Positions 28,489 through 33,761 of a DNA stretch of 34,999 nucleotides are shown in pieces (position 1 is the first letter of the stretch; each line of letters starts with the position of its first letter). The position numbers and the translations under genes were made by a program. This DNA comes from a virus. Its lineage: Duplodnaviria > Heunggongvirae > Uroviricota > Caudoviricetes. Below the pieces are notes generated by a model. It was not told where the DNA came from, searched no databases, and saw only the letters and a list, made by a program, of their open reading frames with translations. Location: positions 64,001-98,999 of IMG/VR virus record IMGVR_UViG_3300023174_000099. One strand, written 5' to 3'.

Positions 28489-29217
28489 CTAGAGTCTTAG
28501 GATTTCCCATCTGCCGTCCATGTGTTCTACAAGTGCGGTCTTTGACTCTACCCAGTCTCCGTCGTTCATATAGATAATATCATTTACGGTCTTTATCTCG
28601 GCATAATGAATGTGTCCGCAGATGACTCCGTCATAACCTTTTCGCTTGGCGTAGGCTGTAATGGTTAGCTCGAACTCGAAAATGAAATTGATCGCTTTCT
28701 TGACGCGATGTTTCAGCCACTTGCTAAGAGACCAGTATCCGAAGCCGAGTCGGTGCCTTATCCAGTTGAATCGGCTGTTTAAGTCGAGAATTATGTCATA
28801 GGCTTTGTCGCCCATGAAGCTGAGCCACGGTGACAGTCTAGTGATTCCGTCAAAGAGGTCTCCGTGTACGACGAGGTATTTCTTGCCGTCTAGGCCTTCG
28901 TGAACGATCTGATTGCAGATTTTTACGTTTCCGAAGTTGGCAGCGTATCGAATCATGGGTCTGAGGAACTCGTCGTGGTTTCCTGCGACGTAGATAATCT
29001 GGGTTCCTTTGCGGGACTTCTTGAGAAGGGTTCGGACCACATCAGTGTGGCTGTTTTTCCATTTGAACTTATTCTGCTGAATCTTCCATGCGTCTATAAT
29101 ATCCCCGACTAGGTATATTTTTTCGCTTTCTACGGTTTTGAGAAACTCGTTGAGTTCTGCGGCTTTCGAGTCTTTCGAGCCAAGATGAACGTCACTAATA
29201 AAAATTGATTTGTACAT
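28489..29217 (-). CDS. Calcineurin-like metallophosphoesterase, UDP-2,3-diacylglucosamine diphosphatase (LpxH/YbbF)-like family
   Basis: SDVHLG, VGDIID, AGNHD, VHGD.FD, ICGHIH, YMNDGDWVE. Confidence 0.88.
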   Translation of the reverse strand: MYKSIFISDVHLGSKDSKAAELNEFLKTVESEKIYLVGDIIDAWKIQQNKFKWKNSHTDVVRTLLKKSRKGTQIIYVAGNHDEFLRPMIRYAANFGNVKICNQIVHEGLDGKKYLVVHGDLFDGITRLSPWLSFMGDKAYDIILDLNSRFNWIRHRLGFGYWSLSKWLKHRVKKAINFIFEFELTITAYAKRKGYDGVICGHIHYAEIKTVNDIIYMNDGDWVESKTALVEHMDGRWEILRL

Positions 29218-29237
29218 AGGTCTCCTCCTTAAGTGGC

Positions 29238-29266
29238 ATTATACTAGAGTTGGGTTTAATTGTCAA
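29238..29266 (-). promoter_or_regulatory. Consensus sigma70 promoter for the metallophosphoesterase
   Basis: TTGACA-17-TATAAT, then AAGGAGGAG and ATG 29217. Confidence 0.85.
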
Positions 29267-29338
29267 TCTTTTTTTAGGTGGGGTACTGGGAGCGACGGTT
29301 AGAATAGTTCTTGACAGTTGGGGAGAAAAATTTAGTTG

Positions 29339-29367
29339 TTGACAAAACCGCCCCTTTATGCTATAAT
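29339..29367 (+). promoter_or_regulatory. Consensus sigma70 promoter, divergent from the previous one
   Basis: TTGACA-17-TATAAT; ATG follows 6 nt later. Confidence 0.85.
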
Positions 29368-29373
29368 CATTTC

Positions 29374-29958
29374 ATGATAAAGCATTGGACAATCGAGGAA
29401 GAGCAGACATTAAAGTCTATGAAAGAAGCAGGAGCCGATTTTTACGAAATCGCCCAGGAATTAAATAGAAGTGACGAAGCTATAAGGACTAGGTGGAAGA
29501 GACTAAGGGCTCGTGAGGGTAAAATTTCGCATATTGGGTGGAGTGAAGAAGAAATTGCATTACTGCACGAGCCATTATCCTATGAAGAACTAGTTCCTAA
29601 ACTAGGGAAAAGTAAGAGATCAATTCAGTCAATCTGTGAGAAGCTGGGGATAAGCAAGAGGTACCCTGGGGCTAATAATATTGGCACAATGAATAGAAGT
29701 TTACCTACCATACTATATTTGGTAGACTTTGGAAGTTTTAAAAAAGTAGGTATTACTCAAGTAGGAATTGAGGAAAGATTAAAGCAGGACGGTAACTATA
29801 ATATACTAGACTATTGCGAGTTAGATACAGATGCTGCTGTAGAAACTGAAAAAGAAATTTTAAAAAATATGCGACCATATTTGGTGCGAGGAACTGTAAG
29901 AAAAGGCTCTACTGAGTGCTTTGACTATCCCTGCGCCCAACTATCAGATTTACTCTAA
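29374..29958 (+). CDS. Putative homing endonuclease-like protein: W(T/S)xEE helical repeats plus GIY-YIG-like C-terminus
   Basis: HWTIEEEQTL and GWSEEEIALL; LYLVDFGSFKKVGITQ..IEERL. Same architecture as 1892..2674 minus the zinc ribbon. Start reassigned from 29311 to ATG 29374. Confidence 0.65.
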   Translation: MIKHWTIEEEQTLKSMKEAGADFYEIAQELNRSDEAIRTRWKRLRAREGKISHIGWSEEEIALLHEPLSYEELVPKLGKSKRSIQSICEKLGISKRYPGANNIGTMNRSLPTILYLVDFGSFKKVGITQVGIEERLKQDGNYNILDYCELDTDAAVETEKEILKNMRPYLVRGTVRKGSTECFDYPCAQLSDLL

Positions 29959-29999
29959 GTGGTACGTACTCGGTAGTCCGAGCGCATATATGTAAGACT

Positions 30000-30101
30000 A
30001 GTCTAATAACCGGGCCTATAGGTGTCAAGCAATTTCTTTCACATTACAAATTTGTAATGCAAATTATTTTTGTTGACTTCCCTTCCTCGCCGGCCTATAA
30101 A
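30000..30101. promoter_or_regulatory. Module A: leftward promoter, palindrome, rightward promoter
   Basis: Minus TTGACA(30028-30023)-17-TAGACT; CATTACAAATTTGTAATG at 30042-30059; plus TTGACT(30073)-17-TATAAA(30096). Confidence 0.8.
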
Positions 30102-30126
30102 GGGACATCAACAGGGAGCAAGACAG

Positions 30127-30279
30127 ATGTTTAAGAAATTCATTGCCCTTCGCATGTATCGCTATTATCAGCGCAAGGTTAAGCAAGAGCCTACTCTTGC
30201 CAACTATAGCGAGATGGCCAAATGAAGCAATCGCTGGTATCGGTTGGAATATCCCAACGCAATCCAACGGGCATGGTAA
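30127..30279 (+). pseudogene. Small ORF with an in-frame TGA (32 aa, or 50 codons if read through)
   Basis: MFKKFIALRMYRYYQRKVKQEPTLANYSEMAK*SNRWYRLEYPNAIQRAW*. GGGAG SD upstream; the final TAA overlaps the next gene's AAGGAG. Confidence 0.45.
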
Positions 30280-30291
30280 GGAGAAAAGAAA

Positions 30292-30501
30292 ATGAAGATT
30301 ACTTATGAAGAATGGAATTGCGATGGTATTTGGGCCGCCCATGGGGAGGACCAAATGCTTTGCATCAAAAAGGATAGAGGGAGCATTATCGTAGGAATTG
30401 AAAACTGCGATGGCACTATTGAGAATTCATGCACATATGCCGAATCCGAATATATGGAAGCCTTTTCAGACTTCCTAAAGAGAGGCACAGACAACGAATG
30501 A
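30292..30501 (+). CDS. Hypothetical pre-early protein (69 aa)
   Basis: AAGGAG SD; the stop is followed immediately by a module hairpin. Confidence 0.75.
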   Translation: MKITYEEWNCDGIWAAHGEDQMLCIKKDRGSIIVGIENCDGTIENSCTYAESEYMEAFSDFLKRGTDNE

Positions 30502-30504
30502 TAG

Positions 30505-30639
30505 ACTTAGGGCCGATTCGGCCCTAAGTTGGCGCCGATTTTACCAGGCCCCAGCGAATTTGTCAAGCGAAAAAATGCAGATTACAAATTTGTAATGCAA
30601 ATCTTTTCTGTTGACGTGGCCAGCCTGTAAGCCTATAAA
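30505..30639. promoter_or_regulatory. Module B: hairpin, GCGCC, leftward promoter, palindrome, rightward promoter
   Basis: ACTTAGGGCCG-att-CGGCCCTAAGT at 30505-30529; minus TTGACA(30566-61)-17-TAAAAT(30543-38); palindrome 30581-30596; plus TTGACG(30611)-17-TATAAA(30634). Confidence 0.85.
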
Positions 30640-30666
30640 GGGACATAACCAAGGGAGAACGACGAA

Positions 30667-30930
30667 ATGTTTGACATTACCTCAAATAAAGGTTTTCACA
30701 TGACTTTTGCTAACGGCTGGACTGTTAGCGTGCAATGGGGCAAAGGCAACTATTGCGATAACAAATATATCGGAAAATATGGGGAGACTCCCGCACCTAG
30801 CAAGGATGCAGAAATTGCGGCATGGGATGCCAATGGCGAATGGATGGTATTTGGCAATGATGATAATATGAAGGGATATTGCAGCCCTGATGAGGTTGCG
30901 GCCTTTATCGCAAAGATTGCAGCAATGTGA
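30667..30930 (+). CDS. Hypothetical pre-early protein (87 aa)
   Basis: AAGGGAG SD downstream of the module B promoter. GFHMTFANGWTVSVQWG...AEIAAW...GY..PDEVA looks like a common phage hypothetical family. Confidence 0.8.
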   Translation: MFDITSNKGFHMTFANGWTVSVQWGKGNYCDNKYIGKYGETPAPSKDAEIAAWDANGEWMVFGNDDNMKGYCSPDEVAAFIAKIAAM

Positions 30931-30933
30931 ACA

Positions 30934-31059
30934 GAGGTGTGTTACTTCGGTAACACACCTCGCGCCGATTTTAGCAGGTCGCGCAAAATTTGTCAAGCGA
31001 AAAAATCGCACATTACAAAAAAATAAGGGATTGCCATCCTGCTAGGGATTGCCTATAAA
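30934..31059. promoter_or_regulatory. Module C: UUCG hairpin, GCGCC, leftward promoter, half-palindrome, rightward promoter
   Basis: GAGGTGTGTTAC-ttcg-GTAACACACCTC at 30934-30961; minus TTGACA(30996-91)-17-TAAAAT(30973-68); plus TTGCCA(31031)-17-TATAAA(31054). Confidence 0.85.
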
Positions 31060-31080
31060 GAGTCATCAACAACAAAGGAA

Positions 31081-31563
31081 ATGGAAATGCCCTACGTAAT
31101 CTTTGATCTTGACGGCACGGTGATTGATAGCAGCCACCGCAAGGCAACACGTATAGATGGTTCGCTTGATTTAGAACATTGGCTGGAAAACAACACGCCA
31201 GAAAAGATTGCGCTTGACAAGCTTTTGCCGCTGGCGCGCGTGATGAAAATTCTGGCCAATACTTGCCATGTTATCGTCTGCACGGCCCGTGCAATTCAAC
31301 AGGCCGATTTGGATTTCATGGCCGCTAACGGCCTGAAATACAACGCTTTTCTGTCGCGTGAACATGGCAACAATGAAAGCGACGAAAGCCTGAAAGAGCG
31401 TCTTTTGTCCAACTATTTCAAGGGCTTGGGCCTTGCCAGCGTTGCAGACGCTAAGGCAATCTTTTTCGATGACAATCTGGCGGTGCTGGATGCTATCGCA
31501 AAGCTTGGCGTTACTTGCTATGATGCAACTATCGCTAATAATCGCCTAGCAAGGAGGGTTTGA
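31081..31563 (+). CDS. dmp: HAD-family phosphatase, T5 deoxynucleoside-5'-monophosphatase homologue
   Basis: IFDLDGTVIDSSHR...DGSLDL...D.LLPL...VCTAR...FFDDN..VL parallels T5 Dmp as recalled. The start may be ATG 31087 by SD spacing. Confidence 0.85.
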   Translation: MEMPYVIFDLDGTVIDSSHRKATRIDGSLDLEHWLENNTPEKIALDKLLPLARVMKILANTCHVIVCTARAIQQADLDFMAANGLKYNAFLSREHGNNESDESLKERLLSNYFKGLGLASVADAKAIFFDDNLAVLDAIAKLGVTCYDATIANNRLARRV

Positions 31564-31566
31564 GAA

Positions 31567-31632
31567 ATGGATTTCTTCACTATCATCATGATTTTGTTGG
31601 CAATTGTCATGGTGCTGCTATTCGTTGACTAA
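31567..31632 (+). CDS. 21-aa single-TM micropeptide
   Basis: MDFFTIIMILLAIVMVLLFVD. AAGGAGG upstream; the stop abuts the module hairpin. Below the ORF-track cutoff. Confidence 0.65.
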   Translation: MDFFTIIMILLAIVMVLLFVD

Positions 31633-31633
31633 G

Positions 31634-31739
31634 ATTTAGGGCCGAAATGGCCCTAAATTTGCGCCAAAATTTTAGCAGGTTTTTTCAGGTCTGTCAAGCG
31701 TTTTTTTCGCTTGACAGAATCTTTTTTCGCTGCTACCCT
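31634..31739. promoter_or_regulatory. Module D1: hairpin, GCGCC, back-to-back promoters
   Basis: ATTTAGGGCC-gaaat-GGCCCTAAAT; minus TTGACA(31697-92)-17-TAAAAT(31674-69); plus TTGACA(31711)-17-TACCCT(31734). The two -35 boxes form CTGTCAAGCG-T7-CGCTTGACAG. Confidence 0.8.
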
Positions 31740-31743
31740 TTCA

Positions 31744-31805
31744 GGGGTGGGAGGGAGGGCCAGGCGCGCTGGCACTGTATTAGCAGGCTAATACAGTGCC
31801 AGCGC
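31744..31805 (+). ncRNA. ORF-less unit: G-quadruplex motif plus 18-bp hairpin
   Basis: GGGGTGGGAGGGAGGG at 31744-31759; GCGCTGGCACTGTATTAG-cagg-CTAATACAGTGCCAGCGC at 31766-31805; lies between convergent promoters. Confidence 0.45.
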
Positions 31806-31807
31806 CG

Positions 31808-31909
31808 ATTTTAGCAGATCGCGTAAAATTTGTCAAGCGAAAAAATGCAGATTACAAATTTGTAATGTTGAAAATATGTCTTGCGCTGCGGCCTGCCTTT
31901 CCCTATATT
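31808..31909. promoter_or_regulatory. Module D2: leftward promoter, palindrome, rightward promoter
   Basis: Minus TTGACA(31836-31)-17-TAAAAT(31813-08); palindrome 31851-31866; plus TTGCGC(31881)-17-TATATT(31904). Confidence 0.8.
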
Positions 31910-31919
31910 CAATTCATGG
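31831..31919 (+). repeat. 89-bp perfect direct repeat, copy 1
   Basis: Identical to 32454..32542 by direct comparison. Confidence 0.9.
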
Positions 31920-31959
31920 GAAGCGGATGGGCCGCCTACCATGACAAGGAAACTAGAAT

Positions 31960-32280
31960 ATGACGACTGCAACTAAGGTGACTGAAAAGAACTATACGGA
32001 AGCGCAAGAGGCAATCTTGCTTGCCGCTGGCATTATCGACAATGCGAAGGCATTGGAAATCGCCGCCAAGATTGGCAAGGACGTGAAATCGGTTCGTGCG
32101 AAGGCCGTTCGCATGGGCATTTACAAGGCCGCTGAAAAGAAAAGCAAGAGCGGTGGCGCTGTCGAAAGCAAGGAAAAGATTGCTGCCGATATTGCCTTGC
32201 TTGTGGGCAAGAACATGGAAGGCCTTGAAAAGGCTCCCAAATTGGCCTTGCAAATCATCCGGGAAAAGCTTTCGGCTTAA
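31960..32280 (+). CDS. A2: T5 A2-like DNA-binding pre-early protein
   Basis: NYTEAQ...EIAAKIGK...SVRAKAVRMGIYK.AEKKSK.GG...K...IA......LEKA.K.AL parallels T5 A2 (SVRSKL...YQKSDKPRKVGGG...LESAKLETL, recalled). AAGGA SD. Confidence 0.75.
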   Translation: MTTATKVTEKNYTEAQEAILLAAGIIDNAKALEIAAKIGKDVKSVRAKAVRMGIYKAAEKKSKSGGAVESKEKIAADIALLVGKNMEGLEKAPKLALQIIREKLSA

Positions 32281-32301
32281 CCCATTGAAAAGGAAAGAGA
32301 A

Positions 32302-32332
32302 AGGCCGGGAGAAATCCCGGCCTAACTTTTTT
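32302..32332 (+). terminator. Terminator-like GAAA hairpin after A2
   Basis: AGGCCGGGA-gaaa-TCCCGGCCT-aac-TTTTTT. The same stem recurs at 34494-34513. Confidence 0.7.
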
Positions 32333-32353
32333 GTTAGAAAATGATTTTTTCGC

Positions 32354-32382
32354 TTGACAGGCCCGCGAAAGCCTGTTATAAT
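32354..32382 (+). promoter_or_regulatory. Perfect sigma70 promoter with no downstream ORF
   Basis: TTGACA-17-TATAAT. The spacer carries the inverted repeat CAGGC...GCCTG. Paralogue at 34703..34731. Confidence 0.8.
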
Positions 32383-32453
32383 GGGACAGGCGCCGAAAAA
32401 TTGCGCCAGAAATTTTGCACGCTACTTTAAATATAACATGCGAGGTTAGGCGC

Positions 32454-32542
32454 TGTCAAGCGAAAAAATGCAGATTACAAATTTGTAATGTTGAAAATAT
32501 GTCTTGCGCTGCGGCCTGCCTTTCCCTATATTCAATTCATGG
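32454..32542 (+). repeat. 89-bp perfect direct repeat, copy 2 (leftward -35, palindrome, rightward promoter)
   Basis: Identical to 31831..31919. Palindrome 32474-32489; TTGCGC(32504)-17-TATATT(32527). Confidence 0.9.
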
Positions 32543-32559
32543 ACAAGGAAGGAAAACAA

Positions 32560-32844
32560 ATGACGGTTCTGCAAAAAATCAAGGAAATGCCCGCTCCCGA
32601 ATTGGGCGGCTGGCTGGGAATGTGCCTTATTCATGGCGCAACTATTCCGACAACTGCCGGGAATATTCTTGGCTATTCCACTACTTTGCCGCCATTGTCG
32701 ATGGTGTTGCTTGTCTGGTCTGGCCTTGCATTGTTTCTGTGGCGCGCGATTGCCCGGAATGATTTTCTCTATACTGTTAGCAATGCTGTCGGATTTGTTC
32801 TGAATAGCGTATTGCTTGCAATTATTGTTTTTCCACTAGCATAA
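32560..32844 (+). CDS. Three-helix membrane protein, SemiSWEET/PQ-loop-like
   Basis: 94 aa from ATG 32560 (AAGGAAGG SD). GWLGM.LI..ATIP...W.GL.LF...AI.RND.LY..SNAVGF.LN..LL resembles the MtN3/PQ-loop pattern but lacks the PQ. Confidence 0.6.
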   Translation: MTVLQKIKEMPAPELGGWLGMCLIHGATIPTTAGNILGYSTTLPPLSMVLLVWSGLALFLWRAIARNDFLYTVSNAVGFVLNSVLLAIIVFPLA

Positions 32845-32853
32845 GGAAAGAAT

Positions 32854-33006
32854 ATGCACAAACACTGTAAAGGCTGCAAATTCCACTGGAAGGGTGGCGC
32901 AATCCCTAAATATCAGGATTGGTGCAGCAAATTTAGCGATATTGCATCGCACAAAGTAGGGCATTGCCTGCTAATGAAAGGAAAAGAAAATGTCCCTATC
33001 AATTGA
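32854..33006 (+). CDS. 50-aa Cys/His-rich peptide, probable metal binder
   Basis: MHKHCKGCKFHWKGGAIPKYQDWCSKFSDIASHKVGHCLLMKGKENVPIN; AAGGA SD overlapping the previous stop. Confidence 0.7.
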   Translation: MHKHCKGCKFHWKGGAIPKYQDWCSKFSDIASHKVGHCLLMKGKENVPIN

Positions 33007-33052
33007 TTCGCGGCCTGACCGTCGCACTATAATTGAAAGGAAACAACAATGA
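32990..33052 (+). CDS. Possible 20-aa peptide
   Basis: MSLSIDSRPDRRTIIERKQQ; AAAGGA SD; its TGA overlaps the next ATG (ATGA). Confidence 0.4.
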   Translation: MSLSIDSRPDRRTIIERKQQ

Positions 33053-33159
33053 TTTCATGGGTGGGCTGGAAAGGGCCTTTATTTAATCGCCATGATGTGC
33101 TGCTTCATGGTTATACAAGCTTTAAGCTTGGCCCCTTCATCTATTATCATTTCTGGTAA
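33049..33159 (+). CDS. 36-aa aromatic-rich peptide
   Basis: MISWVGWKGPLFNRHDVLLHGYTSFKLGPFIYYHFW; AAAGGA SD; the stop overlaps the next SD. Confidence 0.6.
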   Translation: MISWVGWKGPLFNRHDVLLHGYTSFKLGPFIYYHFW

Positions 33160-33170
33160 AGGAAAGAACA

Positions 33171-33422
33171 ATGAACGTGACTTTCAATTCCGATACTATC
33201 GCAATGCTTATTCATGAGATTGACGATATGCTTTGCAATGCCGACATTACTGCTGGCATGTGCGATGATTTATCCAATCTTCTCAATGCCTTGATGGCGA
33301 TTGGCGAAACAGGCTCTATCGTTATTGTGCCGGATGATAATAATATTGGGGATGATTGGGATGATGAAGACGATGGGCCAGATTCTCCCACCCCTAGCGG
33401 CTGGACTCTAATCAAAGCCTAA
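33171..33422 (+). CDS. Highly acidic hypothetical protein (83 aa)
   Basis: AAAGGA SD; Asp-rich C-terminus (DDNNIGDDWDDEDDGPD); followed by a module palindrome. Confidence 0.75.
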   Translation: MNVTFNSDTIAMLIHEIDDMLCNADITAGMCDDLSNLLNALMAIGETGSIVIVPDDNNIGDDWDDEDDGPDSPTPSGWTLIKA

Positions 33423-33428
33423 AGATCC

Positions 33429-33562
33429 GGTGTGTTGCTGTATTAATACAGCAACACACCCTGGCGCCAAAATTTTAGCAGGATTCCGTTGCGCTGTCAA
33501 GCAAAAAATTTGCTCTGAATGAAAATATTTTTCTTGTTTCTGCCGAATTTTTCTGTTATAAT
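33429..33562. promoter_or_regulatory. Module F: 32-bp perfect palindrome, GGCGCC, divergent promoters
   Basis: GGTGTGTTGCTGTATT|AATACAGCAACACACC at 33429-33460; minus TTGACA(33500-495)-17-TAAAAT(33477-72); plus TTGTTT(33534)-17-TATAAT(33557). Confidence 0.8.
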
Positions 33563-33614
33563 GGATTGATGCCTGCTCGCCAAGGTGTATTAGTCAGCTA
33601 GGACACTGGCGCCG
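33563..33614 (+). ncRNA. Small-RNA-like unit 1
   Basis: GGATTGATGC...TGTATTAGTCAGCTA...CTGGCGC directly after a TATAAT; no ORF; homologous to the minus-strand unit at 34553..34638. Confidence 0.45.
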
Positions 33615-33717
33615 ATTCTAGCACGCCTGCCTAGGCGTTGTCAAGCGAAGAAAAATTCGCTTTTGGATGCAATTTGGTTCTTTCCCCTGTTGCAATGCCT
33701 GCCGGTTCTGGTAATGT
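33615..33717. promoter_or_regulatory. Module G: leftward promoter and weaker rightward promoter
   Basis: Minus TTGACA(33644-39)-18-TAGAAT(33620-15); plus TTGCAA(33690)-16-TAATGT(33712) with an extended TG. Confidence 0.6.
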
Positions 33718-33761
33718 CTCTTTGTCGGCAGCGAGTCGGCAGCAACTAGGGATTACCCAAA

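Noticed and set aside
30223-30225. Genome-wide TGA recoding
   Set aside because: TGA terminates Dit, portal, endolysin, TerS and dmp with normal ATGA-type coupling or clean ends.
30505-33460. Integron attC cassette array
   Set aside because: The gene-plus-hairpin layout is suggestive, but there are no RYYYAAC/GTTRRRY ends or extrahelical bases, the cassettes have their own promoters, and no integrase is in the window.
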